Shown piece by piece: positions 22,245 to 35,340 of a stretch of DNA of 64,000 bases. Within the stretch, counting starts at the first letter, position 1. Each line of letters starts with the position of its first letter. The stretch spans positions 17,297,360 through 17,361,359 of the forward strand of contig NC_043019.1 of the NCBI RefSeq assembly GCF_006345805.1. The letters run 5' to 3'. Made by a program: the position numbers and the translations under genes. The DNA is from Octopus sinensis. Lineage: Eukaryota. Under the pieces are notes generated by a model that saw nothing but the letters and a program-made list of their open reading frames with translations, made no database searches and had not been told where the DNA came from.

Positions 22245-22707
22245 AACAGTAAGGCATTGTTTTCGTTATTTATTCCTCCTATTTTGCATATGTGAATTGC
22301 AGGGTTATGTCCTATGTGGAGCCCCACTTGTAGAATATAGAAATAAACAGTCTCTGACTGCTATTTCTAATTCTTTCGGTATGCGGCAAAGCAACCTGTT
22401 GCTTGCCCTTCTACTTAAATATATATATATATTAGAAGAATCCAGTAATGTGTTGATAATTCTCATTATATGAATGGTCACCAGCAATTAGCATGCTCGT
22501 TCAAACATTCATACGCAAGTATTAGCTAGTATATTCATATACATTTATACATACCCGCTTTCATTTGCACAGACACCCACATGCATATTGAGATAATTGA
22601 ATATGATTATAATCCACTTTGATTAATTAACCAATAGTTAATCTTCTATTCTATCATTATTTTGAAATTAGTGCTATATTATGTGTGTGTATGTGAATAT
22701 GTGACGT

Positions 22708-23114
22708 ACTCTTTACTCTTTTACTTGTTTCAGTCATTTGACTGCGGCCATGCTGGAGCACCACCTTTAGTTGAGCAAATCGACCCCAGGACTTATTCTT
22801 TGTAAGAATACTACTTATTCTATCGTTCTCTTTTGGGGACGTAAACACACCAGCATTGGTCGTCAAGCGATGTTGGGGGGACAAACGCAGACACACAAAC
22901 ACATATATATATACATACAACCATATATATATACAGACACACAAACACATATATATATACATACAACAAGCTTCTTTCAGTTTCCGTCTAACAAGGCATT
23001 GGTCGGCCCAAGGCTTTAGTAGAAGACACTTGCCCAAGGTGCCACACAGTAGGACTGAACCCAGAACCATGTGGTTGGTAAGCAAGCTACTTACCACACA
23101 GCCACTCCTGCACC
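22708..23114 (-). mobile_element. SINE family A
   Basis: Reverse-complement copy. Confidence 0.85.
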
Positions 23115-24224
23115 TATATATATATATATATATATTCATGTATAATGTGAATATATATGTGTATATCTGTTGTGCGTACATATGTGAAGGAAGGGATAAA
23201 AGTGGATGATAGTTTGATGAATGATGTTGGGGTCGGTGGATTCCTTTGTATGTCTCCTTTAACTGAGGATAAATCTGCGATGGTTTTCATGACTTTAATT
23301 ACAATCTCTGGCTCCACTGTCTCTAGAAATTTCAGATTTTTTTGTATTTTGTGTTTATGTTGAACCATAAACTAAATTAGAAAAATGTAATTAGATTCTC
23401 TCATTGTATACTTCAATGATTTCTTATTTCTGTTTGTTAACTGCCGCTTTTGGACCACACTTTCTTCTATACGTATGAGCATAGAAACTGAATGCATTAC
23501 AAGTAAAAAAAAATTGTTCTTTCCTGAGCCCTGCCTGGCTCATAAGGGCTGGTTTCCCGGTTTCTTGGCATATAGGTTCCCCACCTGGACGGGACGCCGG
23601 TCCGTCGCAGGTGAGCTGCAAGATGCAGGAGGAAAGAGTGAGAGAAAGTTGTGGCGAAAGAGTCAGCAGAAGTTCGTCATTACCTTCTGCCGGAGCCGTG
23701 TGGAGCTTAGGTGTTTTCGCTCATAAACACACACATCGCCCGGTCTGAGATTCGAACCGGTGCTCCCTCGACCGCATGTCTGCTGCTCTAACCACTAGGC
23801 CATGTGCCTCCACTAATGCATTACTACTAGCTCAACAAATGCTGGCTATGTCCAGGTTGATGTTACCTGTTAAATTTTCTGCCTGATGATAGTGGATTCC
23901 ATGATACGATGGAATCTCCTACAACAACATTAAACAAAATTCCACAGAAACAGAAACAGCTGCTGTGAATTTTAAATACCAATTAAAATTACTTTTTATA
24001 CCTACATCACATCAACAATCCAGTGGTGACTCACACCCACGGTTACTAATTGAATTTGGTACTTGCATATCTATGCTATCCTGCCGGTACTTGAAGCCTA
24101 CAATGTTGTTTTATTTCACCGTGAGCTCCATGTCATCGTACCTAGCTCTTTCTGGCGTCCTACATAATGTGCCTCGATTCTTAAGAATACTCCTAACTAA
24201 ATCATATATATATATATGTAAAAG

Positions 24225-24560
24225 GGTAAAGACCCCCTTCGGTCATGAGTGACCATGGGTTTGCACCTAGAGAGTTACCCTCTGAGGCACAAGTCTGGGC
24301 AAGGTTGTTTTATGGAAGACCAGTAGTCGCCCATGCATACCGGCCTCCCCTCTCCACGCCACCAGTGTTATCCAAGGGAAAGACAAAGGTCGATACAGCT
24401 TGGCACCTGTGACGTCGCAACTCATTTCTACAGCTGAGTGAACTGGAGCAACGTGAAATAAAGTGTCTTGCTCAAGAACACAACACGCAGCCCGGTCCGG
24501 GATTCGAGCTCACAACCTCACGATCGTAAGCTCGACGCTCTAACCACTGAGCCATGCGCC
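24225..24560 (-). mobile_element. tRNA-derived SINE, family D
   Basis: Head GGCGCATGGCTCAGTGGTTAGAGCG...CTCGAATCCC; near-identical copy at 56333-56668 (-) and a diverged copy at 63715-64000 (+). Confidence 0.85.
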
Positions 24561-24904
24561 TTATATATATATATATATGTATGTATGTACACACACTCAC
24601 TCACTCACTCAACTTCAAATATTCGAGTACTATTTTTTCCTACCTTGTTTCACATATGTTTACTCTGGTATACACATCTACATATACATACATATATATA
24701 TACACATATATATACATATATGCATATACATACATATATGCATATACATATATATACATACATATATATATATATATATACACATACACATACATACATG
24801 TATATATATATATATGTAAATATATATACACACACATACATACATGTATATATATATATATATATAAAGTTAATCCAAACAAGAAAGCACAAAAAAACAC
24901 AACA

Positions 24905-25059
24905 CGAGGACGTGGAACACATATAGTATTATTGGACGCTCAGGAGAGAAGGAAAGACGGAGGGTTTAACGTTTTGAGCGGAGCTCTTCGTCGGAAACAT
25001 AGGAGAAGGAAAGATCCAGAGAAGGGAAGACAGAGAAAAAAAAATCGCCAACGGTACAT

Positions 25060-25060
<1 letters not shown>
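24905..25060 (-). mobile_element. Penelope-like element tail with mutated hammerhead-like motif
   Basis: Minus strand GTTT-CCGACGA-A-GAGC(TCC)GCTC-AAAAC-GTT-AAAC; flanks share ACGCTCAGGA and GAGAAAAAAAAA with the 61690-61790 copy. Confidence 0.45.
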
Positions 25061-25094
<34 letters not shown>

Positions 25095-25823
25095 CATGAA
25101 TATATGCATGTATATCATCATTTAAAGTTTGCTTTTCATGCTGGCATAGTCTGGACAATTTGACAGGAGTTTGCAGGCTGGAGAGTGGCACCAGGCTGCA
25201 ACTGGCTTGCTTTCTATGAATGGATGTAGGCCAAAAACCACATGAGTAAAGTGAGAGGGAATGGAACGAAGCTAAGCAGAACTGTTCCTGTGACCCTAAA
25301 ATGTGACAAGCCAGGGCTTAAAAGAAAAACAGTAGGGGTGGGTGGACATCAAGGAATTAAAGCCAAGACCTAAAGTAAAAAAAAGAAACTGAAGTGTAGT
25401 ATAAAACTATATTAAATATGTAAGTGTTGAGTGTACATAGAGCTGATAATGACATAATAAATAAATGCACCCTTTTAAAGCCTAACTAGGCTCATGGGCC
25501 CGGTTTCTATGGTGTATGTGTTCCCCAACTGGACGGGACGCCAGTCCATCGCAGCATTATTCATTTTTGCCACCTGAGTGGACTGGAGCAACGTGAAATG
25601 AAGTGCTTTGCTCAAGAACACAAAGTGTCGTCCAGTCCAGGAATCGAAACCACAATCTTACAATCATGATGCTGACACCCTAACCACTGAGCCATGTGCC
25701 TCCACGATAATGACAAAGTTCATTAAAATTAAAATAGGCTTAGGATCGGTGGGATAGGACCAAGGGAGAATAGTAGAAATATTAGAAATTCCTGAACTGA
25801 AGAGATAAAGATATTGTAGGAAA

Positions 25824-26220
25824 TCTTTATATATAAAAGTGAGGTTGTGTGCTGTCTGTCTCCTACGATTTAGATTCCTAACTACTCCCACATTTTGCGG
25901 TGCAGTTTAACCAAAACCGAGTATCTTATAGTCGTGATTCATATCGAGCCCTTCTGGGTATTAGCGCGCGTCTACAATGAGTCTACGATTTAAAAAAAAT
26001 TTACCATCAATTTTTCCCATTTTTAATGCATTTTTGGCATATATAAGGGAAGTAACTCTCTAAAAATTTATTATTAAATCTCAGAACGTAAAAAGCTACA
26101 GTAACACCCCCCCCCTTTGTGGTTAGCCATATTGAGATGGCTATTATACTTTACATCTCTAAAAATGCTTATATAGTTATTTCCCTTACAAACCCGAGCA
26201 ACGCCGGGCGATACTGCTAG
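25824..26220 (+). mobile_element. Non-autonomous Helitron
   Basis: A|TCTTTATATATAAAAG start, CCCG-agcaacgc-CGGG hairpin, CTAG|T end. Confidence 0.85.
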
Positions 26221-26737
26221 TAGGGAATAAAGGGAAGCTGTTCACTCCTGTGAGAGAACAAAAAAGCAGGTGGGATTCTGGTTTAAACATCCCATATAAC
26301 TCCTCATAACTTCTTTATTTTTTGGAACTTTCAGAAAATCTTTTTGCATTTGTATTCTGCAAATGAAAATTCTTACGACTGTAAAAAAAAGATTTAATTT
26401 GTTTTTAAAACCCTCCCTCCTATACCCATAAATCCAGAAATTTCCACACCTTTTCGAATTTTTGTTTTTAAACCGAAGTTTAAAATACGGACAGTTGGAA
26501 TTTTTTGCTTAAATCCCAGCAATGGACTATACCTGGCTGCATCATCATTCCATTAAATGTGTTTATGGGGAGAAGAATATTGAAAAACATCAATACATGT
26601 CAGAGTGGTAAGGAAATGAGGGCGGTATCACGCGGTCGTGGGATATGCTAAAAACAACAGCTAAATCTCCCTTAAATCACATAATTTTTTTCTTTTGTAT
26701 AATCGTCTGAATTTCTCGTGTGTAGAACACAAATTCG

Positions 26738-27170
26738 GGATCTTTTCGGTTTGAACGGCATTTTTTTCTAGCGGTGTCATATGAAATTGTCATCCATAAT
26801 TATGACCCTAGTATCGATCTATAGCATTTCAATCTCTTTTAGGGTTAGAGTTAGGGTTAGGGGTGGGGGAAGGGTATCTTTTTTTCTTCAGAAATGTAAA
26901 TAAACCCAATCTGTTTCTTAAACAAGGGACATTTTCATACGGCACAGAATGTTTTTACCTCAATAGACGTCATTGATTGGTTGAAATTTCAGAAATTGAA
27001 GAAAAAAACAACAACAAATATCTTACAAACTATACAAACTATAGAATTTTCTCAATAAAGCCAAGAGAAAAAGATGTTTTATAAACACATTCTACAAGTA
27101 TACGAAGTTTAAAATTTTTTAGTCACCTAGAAATTATTTTAAAAAACTGCCGTTCAAACCGAAAAGATCC
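26738..27170. mobile_element. MITE with 23-bp perfect TIRs and 8-bp TSD (Merlin-like)
   Basis: CAAATTCG|GGATCTTTTCGGTTTGAACGGCA...TGCCGTTCAAACCGAAAAGATCC|CAAATTCG. Confidence 0.85.
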
Positions 27171-27659
27171 CAAATTCGCAAAAAATTCCTGAAAATTCAA
27201 AAGAAACCAAAAGTTATGAAGGATTACATAAGGACCCAGAAAGGCACATTGCATAAAGAGTAGCAGAATTCAGGATAAAGTACGGTAAAATGAATGGAGT
27301 GTTGCTAGCGTTAGATGTGTAAATCTTAGAGAGACCTTGAGATCTTAGACTAGCCCCCGAGGTACATAGAAAAGCCCAAAGAGTATGCAAGTATAGGGCG
27401 GAAAACACGCTCCGACAGCACATGTATCTGCTCCCAAATAGATGGAGTGTAATAAGTAAGAAACGAAAAATATTGTGAAAGAGAAGTAGAAATGGTATAA
27501 GAAGAGATCGGTGTCAAGGTATCAATGATGAAAGTGCACAAGTATTTAAGTTGGGGAGTGAAAAATTAAGGGATGAATTAAAAGTCAAAAGAGATAAAGT
27601 TTAAAAAGAATTTGAATTTTTTAAAATATAATAATAAAAATAGAAATAACTAATAAATA

Positions 27660-27824
27660 GGTGCAGGAGTGGTTGTGTGGTAAGTAGCTTGCTAACCAGC
27701 CACATGGTTCCGGGTTCAGTCCCACTGCGTGGCATCTTGGGAAAATGTCTTCTGCTATAGCCCCAGGCCGACCAATGCCTTGTGAGTGGATTTGGTAGAC
27801 GGAAACTGAAAGAATCCTGTCGTA

Positions 27825-27919
<95 letters not shown>

Positions 27920-28138
27920 GTGTGTGTGTGTGTGTTTGTCCCCTAGCATTGCTTGACAACCAATGCTGGTGTGTTTACGTCCCTGTCACTTAGCGGTTCA
28001 GCAAAAGAGGCCGATAGAATAAGTACTAGGCTTACAAAGAATAAGTCCTGGGGGTCGATTTACTCGACTAAAGGTGGTGCTCCAGCATGGCCACAGTCAA
28101 ATGACTGAAACAAGTAAAAGAGCAAAAGAGTAAAGAGT
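27660..28138 (+). mobile_element. SINE family A
   Basis: Full-length copy with expanded (TA)n. Confidence 0.9.
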
Positions 28139-28329
28139 AAATAAATATTAAAATAGTGATACAATAAAATGCTAATTCTTTAGAAATAAACAATAAGAAA
28201 CGGAAACAAACATAGAATGAAAGTATGAATTCTAGAATATGAATATGAGTTTGCTCATACCTAAGCTATTTTGGCCTTCGTCAATGCTTTTTCTATGATT
28301 TGTCAACGAAAATATGAATCATTAGTGAT

Positions 28330-30960
28330 GCCATCAGATCCTTCTGTGGCGAGGGAGATGTTATCACCAGGATTCGGAAGATCAACGTAGCTGCCAGAGG
28401 ATGTGGCAGGTCTCATGGTTCTGTATTTGGAAGGAAACGCGCTAGTACTGTACCTCAAATGGATAAAGCGGACCAACTAGATGGGAAAATATTGAACGGC
28501 ACCTAAAGGAAGCCTTTCACGGAAGGTTGGTAAGCTGCGTTTGCCAAGCTAAGAAAAGCGAGGTGGATGGGAGACAGGCCCATCGCCAGACTTTGGTACA
28601 TGGGGCTGTTGTAGAATGTTCCGGGCAGGCGCGAATTTGTAATAATGCTAAAGTGGAGCCACTAAAATGGAATAAATTTGAGGGTGCAACCATTGAATAG
28701 CGAGGGGGCATTGCTGTCCAGCGCACCTCCTTAGCGACGAGCATGGTGGGAGAGTACGCGGACGTGTATGCAGCAGAAATTCCAAGGTTGGCCACGACAT
28801 CTGGATTTATGGGGGAAGGCATAGAAAAAGCAGCGTGGCTGACGCTCATGAATGATTTCCCCGATGAGATATCGGTGCAGCTGCAACAGCGGCCAGGCAG
28901 CGAGATGTCTATGAGTGAATTCATTGCTCAAGCCCGAGGGTTGATGTGAAACGCCGGGCGGAATGCAGCAGCGATGGCAGCTACGGAAGCCTACAACGTC
29001 AGACGGCGATTGATGAATAACGAGAGAAGAGACCCCGTGTAGCAGCCGTAACCATTTAATGGTTAGTATTTTAGGTGTCAGAGTCTGCACATGGCGAGGG
29101 AGTTCAAGGAGCCGAAAACTGAACCAGTTTGCTACAAATGCAGCCAGAAAAGAATTAAAGGGAGACTACTACCTCACTAGTTTCTTCCTGCAAGCAAGTA
29201 GAGGCTTCCGTACAGTTGCTGCCTAGAGTCGAGGTCGTAGTTGGATGGAAAGTGTTAAAAACCTTCAAAGACATGGGTTGTACAACGACCTTATTGACCT
29301 CAAAGTTAGCTAAAATATGGAATGAGTAGTGTAAGGGCAATTGATGGCAGTGAGATTAGAGGTAAAAGTAGCAGTGAAGTGGGGACGTTGGAACAGGGAA
29401 CAAAAATAAGTCTGCGAGCAAATATGTGGTGATGGCGTTGATGTAGTGATGGGCATGCATAGATCGACGGCGAGGAGGTGTCACGGTTAGTGAAGACAGG
29501 ATGGGCACAACGCATGCTGTGAGTTTGCAACAGGAGAGTGAGGAGAGCCCTGAAGAGAACTGTGTTGTATACACCATCGTATTTAAGGATTTCCAGGCAG
29601 TGTTCGACGGTCAGCGATGGATACTTGAGTGGCACTGGAAAAAGAAGCCCCCAACGTTGAGGAATAGGGTAAGCTGTTATCAGCATACCCTGAAAAGAGA
29701 TGTCAGGAGCGAGCTCCAGGGGTAAGTGGAGAGATGATTGAGGAAGGTATGAATCCCTTGGAAGGAGGAAGTAAAAAGCAGAGTATTGCTGCTAATGGCA
29801 GTGGTGCAGCCAATGAAAGGCAAGGTCAGGTTGGTACTGGACTTTTGAAAGCTGAATGTCCACGCCTCATACCACACAGGCGGAGAGCTTACCGACGTTT
29901 GCAGGGAAATATTGTGAGAATGAAGACAGAAGACAAAGGCTTCCACAATCGTCAACTTGAAGTCGGCGTATCTGCAGCTACACACGTCTGAGAGAAACTA
30001 TGGAAATATCAGCTACTAAAGACATAAGGGCCAGACATACAGTTTGACGATGCTGGATTTGGGGCTGAACTGAGCACTGAAGATCATGGCGACAATCCTC
30101 AAGTCTATTGTGGGAAAGGTGGACAAGGTGAAAAAGGCCACCAACTCTCATAGTGACAACACTGCTGTAGATGAGACCGTGATGTTGACAGCAGAGGTCA
30201 CAGGTCACCTAAAGAATTTTGGACTAACGGTGAAACCACCGGAGGCAATGGTAGGAGGAGCTGTACTGGGGCTCAAGGTGCAAAGAGACAAAGCAGGTGT
30301 ATTGGTATTTTGGAGAGGAAACAACGTTCTGGAACTGGGCACCAGCGTGAACAGATGAGAATTGTTCTCAATGTGTGGTAGACTGGTGGGCTCTCCAGAC
30401 AGTGTGTAGCTATGTCAAAAGACAAGCAGATGGGGCGAGCTGGAAGGAAAAAGTGGGAGAGAGGACAGTGGCTATGATGCAGGAGATCCTAGAGATGGTG
30501 AGAGCGGAAGACCCAGTAAGAGGAAGCTGGTATGTGCCCAGATTGGCGAACGGGACCTTACGGTGTGATGCTAGCAGCATGGCAATAAGGATCATTCTAG
30601 AAATGGAGTGTGTATGTGTCGAGTTAGAGGACGCAGAGTAGGTCAGGAAAATGGATGATTGCAACCGTATCGACATGGCTGAATTAGACGCAATACTGAA
30701 GGGAGTGGATCTGGGCCTGAGATGGGGCAGCGTACTATCGAAATTGGAACTGATTTAGCCACTGTGCTCTGATGATGGTTGGGAGCAGTGATCACCGATG
30801 AGAGTATACGAATAAAAGGAGCAGCAGAGATGTTAATAAAGCACCACCTAGGGATTCAAGGAGAGCTAGCTGTCGAATTCAGTTTGAAATTGAATGCGGT
30901 CTTTCTGCTCTCGGAAAGGAATAAGGTGGACATCCTATTAAGGGGTGAAAAAAGCCTGGT
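28330..30960 (+). mobile_element. Decayed Gypsy-like LTR retrotransposon internal region (gag-PR-RT-RH)
   Basis: CYKC knuckle remnant (about 29130), protease-like DMGCTTTL (about 29270), RT-like PPEAMVGGAVLGLKV, RNase H-like LRCDASS; multiple stops and frameshifts; no LTR pair recognised. Confidence 0.7.
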
Positions 30961-31318
30961 TGGCTTTCTACCCTACTAGGAACTCGTAAGTCCATTGCTC
31001 ATAAGTAAGGACTGGCAAATTCCAGATTGAATTCTCTGTTAGTATAAGTACCAAATTCTCTGTCAGTATAGGGAATTCTCGATCGGTGTTTTCGGGCGAT
31101 TATAGTCCCTCTCAGTGTGTGTGTGTGTGTATATATATATTTATATTTTATTTTTTTATTCTTTTATTTATTCTTTTATCTACTTTACCACTGACTCCTT
31201 GACCACTCCCCTAAGTATGATATTTTTGCGCTATGCCTATCCCCCAAAAAATCCCCCACCACCACCACCCCTTTAAACCTGCCTAAATGTATAAATGCCA
31301 AAACAATTCTTGTTAACT

Positions 31319-31369
31319 AGCTTCCTGATGATTTCTCTTGAATGAAACAGTTCTAGTCCTGTAGAAGCT
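31319..31369 (+). ncRNA. Type I hammerhead motif, slightly degenerate
   Basis: AGCTTC-CTGATGA-TTTC(TCTT)GAAT-GAAA-CAG(TTCTAGTC)CTG-TA-GAAGCT; the pair closing stem II is a T/T mismatch. Confidence 0.7.
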
Positions 31370-31460
31370 CCTTCTATATAATAAATTAATTTTACTCTGC
31401 TATGTATTGAGTACCTTATTTACTGTGGTTAACCCCGAATCAACCCGGGACCTACATATG

Positions 31461-31499
<39 letters not shown>

Positions 31500-31832
31500 C
31501 TAGCCTCCACTGACCATTCAAAATACTACAATCAAGGCACTCCCAAATTCTTCGTCTTCTTCCTCCGCTTCTCCTCCTTCTTCTTCCCTACCAAGAATTC
31601 ACAACAACCTCGAACTCACAGGAGTAAACAAGAGAGACAGAGAAAGGCAGAAACAAGGAAAATGCCACTTATATTTGAACACTATACAAATATTCTTTTA
31701 AAAAAAACTTTTCTTTTAATTTTTCTAAATTTAATTATTTAATCGTTAGAGTTGAAAAGGTCTCAAATGACTGAAACCAGTACTGAAATGTTTTAATAAA
31801 ATTATTTTAGCATTTTCTATCCTGACTTGTCT

Positions 31833-31883
<51 letters not shown>

Positions 31884-32325
31884 ATTATGTGCTTTGACAA
31901 CAGCATCAGAGCATTTTAGCTCTAATTTCTAGCAATGTAGGTATTTCTAACACCCTCGTCATATTTAGTACGTCTATCTATGTCTGTCTGCCTGCCTGCC
32001 TGTCTATTATTTAGGATAAAGATCTTTCCCGAGTCATATGGGCTCATAGAATGTGTAACATCGACACTCGGAAAATGAGGAAAAAAAAGTAAAGAAATGT
32101 CTTTTACATTTTGAGTTTTCACTCTTCTGAAAGAGAGATAGTGGTGAGAATGTTCTGGCATGAGCCCTCAAAGTACAGGGAAGTCAATGTAAGTGGAGTG
32201 GAACAGAGGATTGGGCAGGGTGAGTGCAAAAGGAAAGTAGGGGATAGAGTGGAGGGGAAAAGGGAATGCAACAGTGAGTGGGGTGTGGCAGGACAGCAAT
32301 GATGCAGTTGGTGAGGGAAATGATA

Positions 32326-32380
<55 letters not shown>

Positions 32381-32599
32381 TAGAGATAGAGAGAGAAACA
32401 GAGAGAGAGAGAGAGAGAGATGCCGAATTAATGTTGGGTTGCAAGAAGCGTTGGCAGAAACAAGCGCAGGGCATGAATGTGATGTAGTTTGGTTTATTGG
32501 GGAAGGAGTGAATTAATGTAACGTGAGTGGAGAGCACATAATATCCAGCGCTTCGAGAACACAGCTTTGTCAAGTTAGGCAGGTCTTCTTAAGAAATTC

Positions 32600-32930
32600 C
32601 TATCCCTAGATATTTCGGTCCATTTTCAGTTCCGTCAGGCACAAAATCTTAAGATCGGTACTCACTATTTCTTCCCATGTTTTCCTTGGTCTCTCTTTTC
32701 TGCAGGCTTTTTAAAAAAGCAATTGCTACTTCTCTACACAGCTGTCCTCATCCATACGCATCACACGACCAAACCAATGTCGTCTTCTCTCTTGCATGCT
32801 ACTTCTGATTCCTCTGATGCCCAACTTTCCTCGCAACATATTAACACTTTCTATTGCTTGCACATTGATCTTGCACGTCCATCAGGGCGTAGTAACTTCT
32901 GTTTCTGATTAAGTTATCCTGTAAATTTCC
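32600..32930 (-). mobile_element. LINE ORF2 C-terminal fragment (RTE-like)
   Basis: Minus frame LRGKLGIRGIRSSMQERRRHWFGRVMRMDEDSCVEK. Confidence 0.7.
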
Positions 32931-32973
32931 AAACTCACAGTCTTCAACTGTCCGCTAGAAGTTCTAAAGTTAG

Positions 32974-33004
<31 letters not shown>

Positions 33005-33093
33005 ACATTAGAAGAAAAGGCGCCGTGACACACCAAATAATTTAAAACTCATTTCTCTTATATTACGCGAAATATTTCATTAGTTATAATATA

Positions 33094-33480
33094 GGCGCAG
33101 GAGTGGCTGTGTGGTAAGTAGCTTGCTAACTAACCACATGGTTCCGGGTTCAGTCCCACTGCGTGGCACCTTGAGCAAGTGTCTTCTGCTATAGCCCCGG
33201 GCCGACCAATGCCTTGTGGGTGGATTTGGTAGATGGAAACTGAAAGAAGCCTGTCGTATATATGTATATATATATAAGTGTGTGTGTGTATGTTTGTCCC
33301 CCTAGCATTGCTTGACAACTGATGCTGGTGTGTTTATGTCCCCGTCACTTAGCGGTTCGGCAAAAGAGGCCGATATAATAAGTACTGGGCTTACAAAGAA
33401 TAAGTCCCGGGGTCGATTTGCTGGACTAAAGGCGGTGCTCCAGCATGGCCGCAGTCAAATGACTGAAACAAGTAAAAGAG
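33094..33480 (+). mobile_element. SINE family A
   Basis: Full-length copy. Confidence 0.9.
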
Positions 33481-34319
33481 TAATTGTATTAGTTTTATGA
33501 TTGAGTGTGACGTGGAAGGGATGGAACTCTACGGGATCGTCCATAGTTGAGAGATTATGACATCAGGGTTTGTTTTGGTTCTTCAGATGTTAAGTGGGCC
33601 ACCAACGCATCACAGAAGATTGAGCAGAAAGCTAAAAAACACGGAATGTTGGTCAACGACTCTATAAAGTTCGTCCAAGTCTATGCGATTAACGAAAAAA
33701 AAAAAAAAAAGAGAGTCGACTTATACCAGACTTCCTTTTCCTTTTCGCCCCTTTTCTAACCTAGCCAGGCTCATGAGCCCGGTTTCTGTGACGTATGTGT
33801 TCCCCCCAGCTGGAAGGGGACACCAGTCCATCGCAGCGTTACTCAAGAAACAGGAAGAGAGAGTGAGAGAAAGTTGTGGCGAAAGAGTAGAACAGTTGTC
33901 GCCACCACACCCTGCCGGAGCCTCGTGGAGCTTTTAGGTGTTTTCACTCAACAAACAAACACACACAACGACCGGTCTGGGAATCGAAATCGCGATCCTC
34001 CGACAGCGAGTCCGCTGCCCTAACCACTGGGCAATTGCGCTTCCTATATCTTACTAGTGGACATAAGAGTTTTAAAAAATGTTGAAAATACACCAATTTT
34101 GAAAAATGTGTTCTGGGATGCGATCGCTCTCCTTGCTCCGCAATTAGGCTACGCCACTGCTTCCAGCTTCATGTTGATTAGAAAGGAGTCAAACTTCTCT
34201 GGTGATAACGGAGTTCATCTAAAAAATAGATAGTGGACATATGTAATGCTTTTTTCAGGGTAATAACAATAATAATTTTGTTTTTATTGTCTGGGTTTTC
34301 AAATTTAAAAGAGTTAAAT

Positions 34320-34440
34320 ACCTGTTGCATTTTGGATCCAGTAATGTGGAGACAAGCTGAAGCCAGCACTTTCCCATCTTTTGCCATATTTACTGCAGCA
34401 AGTGAACAAAAGTCAGGCTGTTGTTCCTAGACCTTGTGGT
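34320..34440 (+). mobile_element. hAT transposase dimerisation-domain remnant
   Basis: LDPVMWRQAEASTFPSFA resembles DPLxWWrxxexxfPxLa; hAT-type end GGCTACGCCACTG at about 34146-34158. Confidence 0.4.
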
Positions 34441-34602
34441 TTTCAGCTAAATTTCCTTCGAAGCTCTGGTTTTTTAGTGGATTCAACCCTATCCTGTTCA
34501 GACTAATTGCAATCGCTTAAAATGAGTCTAGGGTACTTCGATTTCAAATAGCTTGTATGTACATTTGATGCCTATTTAAACAAAGTTCAGAAAAAAAGTT
34601 AA

Positions 34603-35340
34603 AGGGGGAGAATAAATACTCAACTCATTTTTTTTTTGTGGCAGGAGGTTTACCTTACTCTGACACCATGCTATGTCATGCTATAATGATATAGATAACT
34701 AGATGAACTAAGAAGAGGCTTTACATGTGGCTTATTAATCAGGCAGCCATCGTTGAAATACTGATTCACTCTGAATATTTTATTAAAATATGACAAATTA
34801 AATAAAATAAGTAACAAGCAAGCTTAGAACTGAAGGGAAGTAACTCAATCCATTCTTTCGTTAATTCATCTGCTTTTCTGTTTCCATTAATATTTGTGTA
34901 TTTAGTTGTCCAAATAATTGTCACTTATTTATCATTTTCTAAATCTCTGGGAAAATTAAGAATTATGGGCACTACCCTTAATTTTTACAGGGCATCTGAA
35001 ACTAAAAGCAGGGCACCCTGGAAGTCAATATAGTTTGCAATATTATAAAGGAAATATAAGGCGGCGAGTTGGCAGAAACGTTAGCACGCCGGGCGAAATG
35101 TTTGGCGATATTTCGTCTGTCTTTATGGTCTGAGTTCAAATTCCGCTGAGGTCGACTTTGCCTTTCATCCTTTCGGGGTCGATAAATTAAGTATTAGTTG
35201 CGTAATGGGGTCGATCTAATCGATTGGCCCCTTCTCCCAAAATTTCGGGCCTTGTGCCTAGAACAGAAAAGAATATTATAAAGGAATAATGCCACAAAAA
35301 AAAAAAAAAAGGTTTAAAGTTGAGTATTTATTCTCCCCCT
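34603..35340. mobile_element. Kolobok-type MITE with nested SINE B
   Basis: TTAA|AGGGGGAGAATAAATACTCAACT...AGTTGAGTATTTATTCTCCCCCT|TTAA; SINE B at about 35059-35275 flanked by an ATATTATAAAGGAA duplication. Confidence 0.8.

Noticed and set aside
23880-23925. CTGATGA next to a GATTCCAT/ATGGAATC hairpin
   Set aside because: The 8-bp hairpin is real, but no GAAA follows and there is no stem I or III.
24490-24560. tRNA-like sequence (also 1241-1315 and the SINE A heads)
   Set aside because: A/B boxes are present but there is no proper acceptor stem, and each runs directly into a SINE body; not tRNA genes.
26839-26862. Telomere or chromosome-fusion scar
   Set aside because: Only four units, lying inside a TIR/TSD-bounded MITE.
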